This document shows, one piece after another, positions 33,901 to 46,700 of a stretch of 50,428 bases of DNA. A model generated the notes under the pieces. It saw only the letters and a program-made list of their open reading frames with translations, was not told where the DNA came from and did not search any database. Location of the stretch: contig JAUCBJ010005789.1 of NCBI GenBank assembly GCA_032718475.1, positions 1 to 50,428 on the forward strand, written 5' to 3'. A program made the translations under genes and the position numbers. Within the stretch, counting starts at the first letter, position 1. Each line of letters opens with the position of its first letter. This DNA is from Nemertoderma westbladi. Its lineage: Eukaryota > Animalia > Xenacoelomorpha.

Positions 33901-36900
33901 CCGCTAACTTAGAAGACAACTCTCCTAACTCTCAATATATTCACTATTCAGTTAGAAGACATGTCCGCTAACTTAGAAGACAACTCTCCTAACTCTCAAT
34001 ATATTCACTATTCAGTTAGAAGACATGTCCGCTAACTTAGAAGACAACTCTCCTAACTCTCAATATATTCACTATTCAGTTAGAAGACATGTCCGCTAAC
34101 TTAGAAGACAACTCTCCTAACTCTCAATATATTCACTATTCATTCAGTTAGAAGACATGTCCGCTAACTTAGAAGACAACTCTCCTAACTCTCAATATAT
34201 TCACTATTCAGTTAGAAGACATGTCCGCTAACTTAGAAGACAACTCTCCTAACTCTCAATATATTCACTATTCATTCAGTTAGAAGACATGTCCGCTAAC
34301 TTAGAAGACAACTCTCCTAACTCTCAATATATTCACTATTCAGTTAGAAGACATGTCCGCTAACTTAGAAGACAACTCTCCTAACTCTCACAATATATTC
34401 ACTATTCAGTTAGAAGACATGTCCGCTAACTTAGAAGACAACTCTCCTAACTCTCAATATATTCACTATTCAGTTAGAAGACATGTCCGCTAACTTAGAA
34501 GACAACTCTCCTAACTCTCAATATATTCACTATTCAGTTAGAAGACATGTCCGCTAACTTAGAAGACAACTCTCCTAACTCTCAATATATTCACTATTCA
34601 GTTAGAAGACATGTCCGCTAACTTAGAAGACAACTCTCCTAACTCTCAATATATTCACTATTCAGTTAGAAGACATGTCCGCTAACTTAGAAGACAACTC
34701 TCCTAACTCTCAATATATTCACTATTCATTCAGTTAGAAGACATGTCCGCTAACTTAGAAGACAACTCTCCTAACTCTCACAATATATTCACTATTCAGT
34801 TAGAAGACATGTCCGCTAACTTAGAAGACAACTCTCCTAACTCTCAATATATTCACTATTCAGTTAGAAGACATGTCCGCTAACTTAGAAGACAACTCTC
34901 CTAACTCTCAATATATTCACTATTCAGTTAGAAGACATGTCCGCTAACTTAGAAGACAACTCTCCTAACTCTCAATATATTCACTATTCAGTTAGAAGAC
35001 ATGTCCGCTAACTTAGAAGACAACTCTCCTAACTCTCAATATATTCACTATTCAGTTAGAAGACATGTCCGCTAACTTAGAAGACAACTCTCCTAACTCT
35101 CAATATATTCACTATTCAGTTAGAAGACATGTCCGCTAACTTAGAAGACAACTCTCCTAACTCTCAATATATTCACTATTCAGTTAGAAGACATGTCCGC
35201 TAACTTAGAAGACAACTCTCCTAACTCTCAATATATTCACTATTCAGTTAGAAGACATGTCCGCTAACTTAGAAGACAACTCTCCTAACTCTCAATATAT
35301 TCACTATTCATTCAGTTAGAAGACATGTCCGCTAACTTAGAAGACAACTCTCCTAACTCTCAATATATTCACTATTCAGTTAGAAGACATGTCCGCTAAC
35401 TTAGAAGACAACTCTCCTAACTCTCAATATATTCACTATTCATTCAGTTAGAAGACATGTCCGCTAACTTAGAAGACAACTCTCCTAACTCTCAATATAT
35501 TCACTATTCAGTTAGAAGACATGTCCGCTAACTTAGAAGACAACTCTCCTAACTCTCAATATATTCACTATTCATTCAGTTAGAAGACATGTCCGCTAAC
35601 TTAGAAGACAACTCTCCTAACTCTCAATATATTCACTATTCAGTTAGAAGGCATGTCCGCTAACTTAGAAGACAACTCTCCTAACTCTCACAATATATTC
35701 ACTATTCAGTTAGAAGACATGTCCGCTAACTTAGAAGACAACTCTCCTAACTCTCAATATATTCACTATTCAGTTAGAAGACATGTCCGCTAACTTAGAA
35801 GACAACTCTCCTAACTCTCAATATATTCACTATTCAGTTAGAAGACATGTCCGCTAACTTAGAAGACAACTCTCCTAACTCTCAATATATTCACTATTCA
35901 GTTAGAAGACATGTCCGCTAACTTAGAAGACAACTCTCCTAACTCTCAATATATTCACTATTCAGTTAGAAGACATGTCCGCTAACTTAGAAGACAACTC
36001 TCCTAACTCTCAATATATTCACTATTCAGTTAGAAGACATGTCCGCTAACTTAGAAGACAACTCTCCTAACTCTCAATATATTCACTATTCATTCAGTTA
36101 GAATACATGTCCGCTAACTTAGAAGACAACTCTCCTAACTCTCACAGTATATTCACTATTCAGTTAGAAGACATGTCCGCTAACTTAGAAGACAACTCTC
36201 CTAACTCTCAATATATTCACTATTCAGTTAGAAGACATGTCCGCTAACTTAGAAGACAACTCTCCTAACTCTCAATATATTCACTATTCAGTTAGAAGAC
36301 ATGTCCGCTAACTTAGAAGACAACTCTCCTAACTCTCAATATATTCACTATTCAGTTAGAAGACATGTCCGCTAACTTAGAAGACAACTCTCCTAACTCT
36401 CAATATATTCACTATTCATTCAGTTAGAAGACATGTCCGCTAACTTAGAAGACAACTCTCCTAACTCTCAATATATTCACTATTCAGTTAGAAGACATGT
36501 CCGCTAACTTAGAAGACAACTCTCCTAACTCTCAATATATTCACTATTCATTCAGTTAGAAGACATGTCCGCTAACTTAGAAGACAACTCTCCTAACTCT
36601 CAATATATTCACTATTCAGTTAGAAGACATGTCCGCTAACTTAGAAGACAACTCTCCTAACTCTCAATATATTCACTATTCATTCAGTTAGAAGACATGT
36701 CCGCTAACTTAGAAGACAACTCTCCTAACTCTCAATATATTCACTATTCAGTTAGAAGGCATGTCCGCTAACTTAGAAGACAACTCTCCTAACTCTCACA
36801 ATATATTCACTATTCAGTTAGAAGACATGTCCGCTAACTTAGAAGACAACTCTCCTAACTCTCAATATATTCACTATTCAGTTAGAAGACATGTCCGCTA

Positions 36901-39900
36901 ACTTAGAAGACAACTCTCCTAACTCTCAATATATTCACTATTCAGTTAGAAGACATGTCCGCTAACTTAGAAGACAACTCTCCTAACTCTCAATATATTC
37001 ACTATTCAGTTAGAAGACATGTCCGCTAACTTAGAAGACAACTCTCCTAACTCTCAATATATTCACTATTCAGTTAGAAGACATGTCCGCTAACTTAGAA
37101 GACAACTCTCCTAACTCTCAATATATTCACTATTCAGTTAGAAGACATGTCCGCTAACTTAGAAGACAACTCTCCTAACTCTCAATATATTCACTATTCA
37201 TTCAGTTAGAATACATGTCCGCTAACTTAGAAGACAACTCTCCTAACTCTCACAGTATATTCACTATTCAGTTAGAAGACATGTCCGCTAACTTAGAAGA
37301 CAACTCTCCTAACTCTCAATATATTCACTATTCAGTTAGAAGACATGTCCGCTAACTTAGAAGACAACTCTCCTAACTCTCAATATATTCACTATTCAGT
37401 TAGAAGACATGTCCGCTAACTTAGAAGACAACTCTCCTAACTCTCAATATATTCACTATTCAGTTAGAAGACATGTCCGCTAACTTAGAAGACAACTCTC
37501 CTAACTCTCAATATATTCACTATTCAGTTAGAAGACATGTCCGCTAACTTAGAAGACAACTCTCCTAACTCTCAATATATTCACTATTCAGTTAGAAGAC
37601 ATGTCCGCTAACTTAGAAGACAACTCTCCTAACTCTCAATATATTCTCTATTCAGTTAGAAGACATGTCCGCTAACTTAGAAGACAACTCTCCTAACTCT
37701 CAATATATTCACTATTCAGTTAGAAGACATGTCCGCTAACTTAGAAGACAACTCTCCTAACTCTCAATATATTCACTATTCATTCAGTTAGAAGACATGT
37801 CCCCTAACTTAGAAGACAACTCTCCTAACTCTCAATATATTCACTATTCAGTTAGAAGACATGTCCGCTAACTTAGAAGACAACTCTCCTAACTCTCAAT
37901 AAATTCAGTATTCAGTTAGAAGACATGTCCGCTAACTTAGAAGACAACTCTCCTAACTCTCAATATATTCACTATTCAGTTAGAAGACATGTCCGCTAAC
38001 TTAGAAGACAACTCTCCTAACTCTCAATATATTCACTATTCATTCAGTTAGAAGACATGTCCGCTAACTTAGAAGACAACTCTCCTAACTCTCACAATAT
38101 ATTCACTATTCAGTTAGAAGACATGTCCGCTAACTTAGAAGACAACTCTCCTAACTCTCAATATATTCACTATTCAGTTAGAAGACATGTCCGCTAACTT
38201 AGAAGACAACTCTCCTAACTCTCAATATATTCACTATTCAGTTAGAAGACATGTCCGCTAACTTAGAAGACAACTCTCCTAACTCTCAATATATTCACTA
38301 TTCAGTTAGAAGACATGTCCGCTAACTTAGAAGACAACTCTCCTAACTCTCAATATATTCACTATTCAGTTAGAAGACATGTCCGCTAACTTAGAAGACA
38401 ACTCTCCTAACTCTCAATATATTCACTATTCAGTTAGAAGACATGTCCGCTAACTTAGAAGACAACTCTCCTAACTCTCAATATATTCTCTATTCAGTTA
38501 GAAGACATGTCCGCTAACTTAGAAGACAACTCTCCTAACTCTCAATATATTCACTATTCAGTTAGAAGACATGTCCACTAACTTAGAAGACAACTCTCCT
38601 AACTCTCAATATATTCACTATTCATTCAGTTAGAAGACATGTCCGCTAACTTAGAAGACAACTCTCCTAACTCTCAATATATTCACTATTCAGTTAGAAG
38701 ACATGTCCGCTAACTTAGAAGACAACTCTCCTAACTCTCAATATATTCACTATTCATTCAGTTAGAAGACATGTCCGCTAACTTAGAAGACAACTCTCCT
38801 AACTCTCAATATATTCACTATTCAGTTAGAAGACATGTCCGCTAACTTAGAAGACAACTCTCCTAACTCTCAATATATTCACTATTCATTCAGTTAGAAG
38901 ACATGTCCGCTAACTTAGAAGACAACTCTCCTAACTCTCAATATATTCACTATTCAGTTAGAAGGCATGTCCGCTAACTTAGAAGACAACTCTCCTAACT
39001 CTCACAATATATTCACTATTCAGTTAGAAGACATGTCCGCTAACTTAGAAGACAACTCTCCTAACTCTCAATATATTCACTATTCAGTTAGAAGACATGT
39101 CCGCTAACTTAGAAGACAACTCTCCTAACTCTCAATATATTCACTATTCAGTTAGAAGACATGTCCGCTAACTTAGAAGACAACTCTCCTAACTCTCAAT
39201 ATATTCACTATTCAGTTAGAAGACATGTCCGCTAACTTAGAAGACAACTCTCCTAACTCTCAATATATTCACTATTCAGTTAGAAGACATGTCCGCTAAC
39301 TTAGAAGACAACTCTCCTAACTCTCAATATATTCACTATTCAGTTAGAAGACATGTCCGCTAACTTAGAAGACAACTCTCCTAAATCTCAATATATTCAC
39401 TATTCATTCAGTTAGAATACATGTCCGCTAACTTAGAAGACAACTCTCCTAACTCTCACAATATATTTACTATTCAGTTAGAATACATGTCCGCTAACTT
39501 AGAAGACAACTCTCCTAACTCTCAATATATTCACTATTCAGTTAGAAGACATGTCCGCTAACTTAGAAGACAACTCTCCTAACTCTCAATATATTCACTA
39601 TTCAGTTAGAAGACATGTCCGCTAACTTAGAAGACAACTCTCCTAACTCTCAATATATTCACTATTCAGTTAGAAGACATGTCCGCTAACTTAGAAGACA
39701 ACTCTCCTAACTCTCAATATATTCACTATTCAGTTAGAAGACATGTCCGCTAACTTAGAAGACAACTCTCCTAACTCTCAATATATTCACTATTCAGTTA
39801 GAAGACATGTCCGCTAACTTAGAAGACAACTCTCCTAACTCTCAATATATTCTCTATTCAGTTAGAAGACATGTCCGCTAACTTAGAAGACAACTCTCCT

Positions 39901-42820
39901 AACTCTCAATATATTCACTATTCAGTTAGAAGACATGTCCGCTAACTTAGAAGACAACTCTCCTAACTCTCAATATATTCTCTATTCAGTTAGAAGACAT
40001 GTCCGCTAACTTAGAAGACAACTCTCCTAACTCTCAATATATTCTCTATTCAGTTAGAAGACATGTCCGCTAACTTAGAAGACAACTCTCCTAACTCTCA
40101 ATATATTCACTATTCATTCAGTTAGAAGACATGTCCGCTAACTTAGAAGACAACTCTCCTAACTCTCAATATATTCACTATTCAGTTAGAAGACATTTCC
40201 GCTAACTTAGAAGACAACTCTCCTAACTCTCAATATATTCTCTATTCAGTTAGAAGACATGTCCGCTAACTTAGAAGACAACTCTCCTAACTCTCAATAT
40301 ATTCACTATTCAGTTAGAAGACATGTCCGCTAACTTAGAAGACAACTCTCCTAACTCTCAATATATTCACTATTCAGTTAGAAGACATGTCCGCTAACTT
40401 AGAAGACAACTCTCCTAACTCTCAATATATTCACTATTCAGTTAGAAGACATGTCCGCTAACTTAGAAGACAACTCTCCTAACTCTCAATATATTCACTA
40501 TTCATTCAGTTAGTAGACATGTCCGCTAACTTAGAAGACAACTCTCCTAACTCTCACAATATATTCACTATTCAGTTAGAAGACATGTCCGCTAACTTAG
40601 AAGACAACTCTCCTAACTCTCAATATATTCACTATTCAGTTAGAAGACATGTCCGCTAACTTAGAAGACAACTCTCCTAACTCTCAATATATTCACTATT
40701 CAGTTAGTAGACATGTCCGCTAACTTAGAAGACAACTCTCCTAACTCTCAATATATTCACTATTCAGTTAGAAGACATGTCCGCTAACTTAGAAGACAAC
40801 TCTCCTAACTCTCAATATATTCACTATTCATTCAGTTAGAAGACATGTCCGCTAACTTAGAAGACAACTCTCCTAACTCTCAATATATTCACTATTCAGT
40901 TAGAAGACATGTCCGCTAACTTAGAAGACAACTCTCCTAACTCTCAATATATTCACTATTCATTCAGTTAGAAGACATGTCCGCTAACTTAGAAGACAAC
41001 TCTCCTAACTCTCAATATATTCACTATTCAGTTAGAAGACATGTCCGCTAACTTAGAAGACAACTCTCCTAACTCTCAATATATTCTCTATTCAGTTAGA
41101 AGACATGTCCGCTAACTTAGAAGACAACTCTCCTAACTGTCAATATATTCACTATTCAGTTAGAAGACATGTCCGCTAACTTAGAAGACAACTCTCCTAA
41201 CTCTCAATATATTCACTATTCAGTTAGAAGACATGTCCGCTAACTTAGAAGACAACTCTCCTAACTCTCAATATATTCTCTATTCAGTTAGAAGACATGT
41301 CCGCTAACTTAGAAGACAACTCTCTTAACTCTCAATATATTCACTATTCAGTTAGAAGACATGTCCGCTAACTTAGAAGACAACTCTCCTAACTCTCAAT
41401 ATATTCACTATTCAGTTAGAAGACATGTCCGCTAACTTAGAAGACAACTCTCCTAACTCTCAATATATTCACTATTCAGTTAGAAGACATGTTCGCTAAC
41501 TTAAGACAACTCTCCTAACTCTCAATATATTCACTATTCAGTTAGAAGACATGTCCGCTAACTTTGAAGACAACTCTCCTAACTCTCAATATATTCACTA
41601 TTCAGTTAGAAGACATGTCCGCTAACTTAGAAGACAACTCTCCTAACTCTCAATATATTCACTATTCAGTTAGAAGACATGTCCGCTAACTTAGAAGACA
41701 ACTCTCCTAACTCTCAATATATTCACTATTCAGTTAGAAGACATGTCCGCTAACTTAGAAGACAACTCTCCTAACTCTCAATATATTCACTATTCAGTTA
41801 GAAGACATGTCCGCTAACTTAGAAGACAACTCTCCTAACTCTCAATATATTCTCTATTGAGTTAGAAGACATGTCCGCTAACTTAGAAGACAACTCTCCT
41901 AACTCTCAATATATTCACTATTCAGTTAGAAGACATGTCCGCTAACTTAGAAGACAACTCTCCTAACTCTCAATATATTCTCTATTCAGTTAGAAGACAT
42001 GTCCGCTAACTTAGAAGACAACTCTCCTAACTCTCAATATATTCACTATTCAGTTAGAAGACATGTCCGCTAACTTAGTAGACAACTCTCCTAACTCTCA
42101 ATATATTCACTATTCAGTTAGAAGACATGTCCGCTAACTTAGAAGACAACTCTCCTAACTCTCAATATATTCACTATTCAGTTAGAAGACATGTTCGCTA
42201 ACTTAAGACAACTCTCCTAACTCTCAATATATTCACTATTCAGTTAGAAGACATGTCCGCTAACTTAGAAGACAACTCTCCTAACTCTCAATATATTCAC
42301 TATTCAGTTAGAAGACATGCCCGCTAACTTAGAAGACAACTCTCCTAACTCTCAATATATTCACTATTCAGTTAGAAGACATGTCCGCTAACTTAGAAGA
42401 CAACTCTCCTAACTCTCAATATATTCACTATTCAGTTAGAAGACATGTCCGCTAACTTAGAAGACAACTCTCCTAACTCTCAATATATTCACTATTCATT
42501 CAGTTAGAAGACATGTCCGCTAACTTAGAAGACAACTCTCCTAACTCTCAATATATTCTCTATTCAGTTAGAAGACATGTCCGCTAACTTAGAAGACAAC
42601 TCTCCTAACTCTCAATATATTCTCTATTCAGTTAGAAGACATGTCCGCTAACTTAGAAGACAACTCTCCTAACTCTCAATATATTCTCTATTCAGTTAGA
42701 AGACATGTCCGCTAACTTAGAAGACAACTCTCCTAACTCTCAATATATTCTCTATTCAGTTAGAAGACATGTTGGCTAACTAACAATTGGAATTGTTGAC
42801 TTGGGGCCTTATGACACTTA
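30936..42820. mobile_element. Putative non-autonomous TIR element enclosing the 64-bp satellite
   Basis: Left TAAGTGTCATAAGTCCAAGACAATTCCA versus the reverse complement of the right flank TAAGTGTCATAAGGCCCCAAGTCAACAATTCCA: 13 bp perfect plus a gapped extension. Confidence 0.6.
31098..42782. repeat. 64-bp satellite, roughly 180 near-identical copies
   Basis: Unit CAGTTAGAAGACATGTCCGCTAACTTAGAAGACAACTCTCCTAACTCTCAATATATTCACTATT (CAG at 31101 and 31165). Variants are +TTCA, +CA and rare substitutions. There are no spacers. Confidence 0.98.
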
Positions 42821-45152
42821 AGTTATATAGCTTCTTTGACAGCCATTGGTCTGATTTGGTAGATTGCCGATATCTTGATATTTAAATACCCGCTAATTAT
42901 ATATGTAACTTTTTTTTAATATAATAAAACGGTCATGAATAAGATGAGAGTGGCCAATATAATAATGTAGGGTTTCTGAAGTTAGGGAATATTGGAACAG
43001 AAATAGAATGTAGGTGTTGATAAAGTTCCGACCTATTCCTAACAAATTAATTTCTTCATTCAGTCAGGTTGTCAATTAAATGAGAATACGGGCGTTAAAT
43101 TTTTTTTTAAATTATACAATATCAAATAGACGGCACTACAAGAGACAACAACGCGGCCCCTTTACCAAAACATTATCTATTGTATTCTAACATAAGGTCT
43201 ACATATGTGACAGTTAACCCCTTCCAAAAGACCCGTCTACATCAGTGACTCGCCCCACATGTATCTTACATAAACAAACATGCATCTTAGGGTATAATAG
43301 CGCTGCGTTACAACTGCTCTGTCAAAGTATTATCATAGTCGTACAATAAAAGTCCAGTTTCTTGTGGAGATAAAAAGATAAAACCAACTGAATTTATGGT
43401 GCTCTTACTTCTGTTATCATTGTTTATTTACAAAGAATATCGACCATATTTTTTATTGTTGTGTGCAATTTTAATCAAAATCCTTTAATATAGTGTAATT
43501 GATAGAAATGGCGTATTTACAGCCTTTAAAAATTACCATTTAGGTGTTTTCATAAATGGCTTTGAATTCAAAATGATTCGTTATTATGAATTGAAGAATT
43601 TATTGTTCAGTTACAAGCGTTTTAGTAAAAGGTGCCTTTTATACGAGGCCGCGTTTATATTTAGAGGGTGGTCTTTATAAATAAATGTTGTTTAATTATT
43701 ATTACTATATAGTTATCGAGTTTATATACATTATATCTGGTACATGCTAACCCTATGGCAACCTCCTTGTACGCAACAGACATGGTTACCGGCCAATAGC
43801 TTTCCTTTCGCCGGTTGCGCCCCAACACACTGGGACTTGTGTCGTGTAAAGGTACTGACTGCGCCAATATGCAGGTCGATATTGTGTTTGTATCTGGTAC
43901 GTTAAGTAGTTCGTTATGGTGCAAAATATTTTACAATGGCATCGCTGACTATTTTTATTTGCTGTGCTAGCAATCAATGTTAACATAATATTGTGCAAAC
44001 CCTTAATTAATAATGTACGTCGGTTTACTATAAATATAATTGTGCATTTTTTCGATATTAAAGTACTAAATTGAATTTATATTATTGCTATGTTTTATTG
44101 TGGTGCTCAATATCTCGAAATTGGAAGAGTAATTTAAAATATTTATGTTTGTTCTACATTGTGATTTTTGTTATATATTTGTTGCACTTGTTAGTTGTAG
44201 TCATGACTGCCAAGCATCAGTTGAGTTGTTGGCTAGTTTTTAGTGGTGCATTTATTTTTTTGTATATCTGTATAGCACATGTTTAATTTATTCGCGTTTT
44301 TCATTGTTTTTTTTTTTATTGTTGTATTATTTTTCGGTTATCTATACTTAATGTTGGATCGCTTTCAGTACGTATCATTATTTTGATACAAACACCACAG
44401 TGATAAAGTTTTGGGTAAAAATTAAAATTTAAACGTTTTGAAAACCGGAGGCTAATTAATTGTCGTGCTAGTCTCTATATGAACTAATGATTATAATTTA
44501 AGTGATATTGGTGTTGTTTATGGTAAACTAATCAAAACACTAAGGAGGGGCCCATATGGTGCTCAAATTGACCACCCCTGCCCGAATATTGGCTATTAGT
44601 GAACTAAAGAACGTGGTGTTGCTGAATCGTGATTATGGTTATAACTTAACAAACACGTGCATGTATGTATCCACCCACACAATGTTAATTAATTTAATAA
44701 TTAGTGCATGTATATTACTTTATTCTATATTTATCGGTGTATATAATATTATCATAAGGATATCTCGGGATTGTTTATATATTAATTTAAGTTGTATTTT
44801 ATTTTGTATATTTTGTAAATGTGGATAAATTCTTACATAGATATTTAGTGTTCAAAACTAAAGTTCCGGGGGCGTTCATAAGCTATGTCATCATATTCTT
44901 TAAATTTCCCATCCCCCAAAAATTCTCAGCATTGCCTCGGCACTCAATACTACAATAAGTACACGTTCGTGGGGCCTGTGCGCAGCACGAGACTCAGCCA
45001 ACCCCCCGACAACGGTTACCCGATAAAGCTGTAACCCGAGAAACTTGTTTGCTCTATTACCTCGTTAGCTTGCCTTCTTGTTATATAATGCGCATAGGAC
45101 ACTCTTATCAATTTACAGATGAATCTGATGGTTGGTTCTATAATTACAGCCA

Positions 45153-45205
45153 AGTACTCTGCGTTGATACCACTGCTTTAAGCAGTGGTATCAACGCAGA
45201 GTACT
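45153..45205. other. Sequencing adapter contamination: back-to-back SMART / PacBio ultra-low-input amplification adapters
   Basis: AGTACTCTGCGTTGATACCACTGCTT-T-AAGCAGTGGTATCAACGCAGAGTACT is two exact inverted copies of the well-known AAGCAGTGGTATCAACGCAGAGTAC(T) oligo. Confidence 0.97.
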
Positions 45206-45841
45206 CAAAAAACTTTAAAAAGTATTACATTCTGGAATTTCTGTGATATAAAATTCCGGGGGCTACTGTCCGGGGGCTATTCCTAATACTACATTGCAAT
45301 TTGTTAACTATGCTATACGGTGTGTTATTCAAGGTCTCCAGCGATATTACACCAGTTACACCGCATTTCTGCCGTCCAAAGTCAAAACAACGTAACTACA
45401 AATTTATAAATTTCCAGTTTATTGTAAAATGATTTATATCAATTAGTTCCATGTTCTCTGTGAAGGAGAACACCATATCTACTATAGTTTAGAATATAGC
45501 TAAAATACAAAACAATGTAACTCACACTTTCAGCTCTGAAAAACGAACAAGATCAACGTAAAAAACTGAAACAGATGAAAAACAAGGTATCTAACATATA
45601 GTTAAGTTGTTTTGGTTTTGTGAACTTCTTGTAAATGTGTAGATACGTTGTTATTGCAAATTTTCCAATATTATTGGGGTTGAGTTACGTTGTTTTGTCT
45701 CGAAAATGAGAGGGAAATTTAAAAATAAATAAATTGCCTACCGTCAGTACGGTACCAGTATGCCTGTACCAGTAGGCCTACACTGTACTTATGGATTAAT
45801 TTTAAGTTTTTAACTTGAACTTTTGATACGTTTGTATCACA

Positions 45842-46315
45842 ATGCCTTCTATATATAAACTTAAAGTCACTGATAAAGTTCAAACGCTCTGGCATATGAA
45901 ATGGTGGCCAGCTGAGGTTATTAAGGTTACAGGGAAATCTATTAATAAAGTTACTTTCCCAGGCTATTCCAAAAAATGGGATAAAGTATATAAGGACCTG
46001 AATAAAATTCGACGGGAGGGTAAGGTGCAGACTATGGCAGAGGAAGCGATTGAATTCCGTATAGCTACAGGCGTCCTCCAACTGGTAGTTGAACCCAGTC
46101 TAGCTACAAGCGTCGTCCCCCCACTGGTAGTTGAACCCCGTCTAGCTACAAGCGTCGTCCCCCCACTGGTAGTTGAACCCAGTCTAGCTACAAGCGTCGT
46201 CCTAGCTACAAGCGTCGTCCCCCCACTGGTAGTTGAACCCAGTCTAGCTACAAGCGTCGTCCCCCCACTGGTAGTTGAACCCAGTCTAGCTACAAGCATC
46301 GTCCCCCACTTGTAG
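45842..46315 (+). CDS. Small ORF: Tudor-knot/chromo-barrel-like domain fused to a 14-aa repeat (possibly a TE-derived pseudogene)
   Basis: ATG start. LKVTDKVQTLWHMKWWPAEVIKVTGKSINKVTFPGYSKKWD matches the W.PA.V...V.F.G(Y/W)...WD pattern of Tudor/chromo-barrel folds, followed by (VVPPLVVEPSLATS)n. Confidence 0.55.
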   Translation: MPSIYKLKVTDKVQTLWHMKWWPAEVIKVTGKSINKVTFPGYSKKWDKVYKDLNKIRREGKVQTMAEEAIEFRIATGVLQLVVEPSLATSVVPPLVVEPRLATSVVPPLVVEPSLATSVVLATSVVPPLVVEPSLATSVVPPLVVEPSLATSIVPHL

Positions 46316-46592
46316 TTGAACCCAGTCTAGCTACAAGCGTCCCCCCCCCCCCCCCCCACTGGTAGTTGAACCCAGTCTAGCTACAAGCATCGTCCCCCCA
46401 CTGGTAGTTGAACCCAGTCTAGCTACAAGCGTCGTCCCCCCACTTGTAGTTGAACCCAGTCTAGCTACAAGCGTCCCCCCCCCCACTGGTAGTTGAACCC
46501 AGTCTAGCTACAAGCGTCGTCCCCCCACTGGTAGTTGAACCCAGTCTAGCTACAAGCGTCGTCCCCCCACTGGTAGTTGAACCCAGTCTAGC
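46062..46592. repeat. 42-bp minisatellite (TAGCTACAAGCGTCGTCCCCCCACTGGTAGTTGAACCCAGTC)n, about 12 copies
   Basis: Unit read directly. One unit is partial and two have altered poly-C tracts. Confidence 0.93.
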
Positions 46593-46633
46593 GAACGAAC
46601 TTACTATTATTGACTGAAACTTAATTGTCTTAA

Positions 46634-46700
46634 ATTTAATTAATAAGACTCATATTAATAGTCAATAATTGACTTTTAATATGAGTCTTATTAATTAAAT
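46634..46700. repeat. 67-bp AT-rich near-perfect palindrome
   Basis: 33-bp arms (46634-46666 and 46668-46700) with 1 mismatch and a 1-nt centre. Confidence 0.9.

Noticed and set aside
31098-42782. CRISPR-like appearance (palindromic repeat at regular spacing)
   Set aside because: The sequence between palindromes is identical in every unit, so there are no spacers. There are no cas genes and the context is eukaryotic.
43661-45100. Small ORFs in AT-rich sequence
   Set aside because: They are short and compositionally biased, with no motifs or convincing splice structure.
45153-45205. Perfect 26-bp-arm hairpin as an ncRNA or regulatory structure
   Set aside because: It is an exact match to a laboratory adapter oligo.
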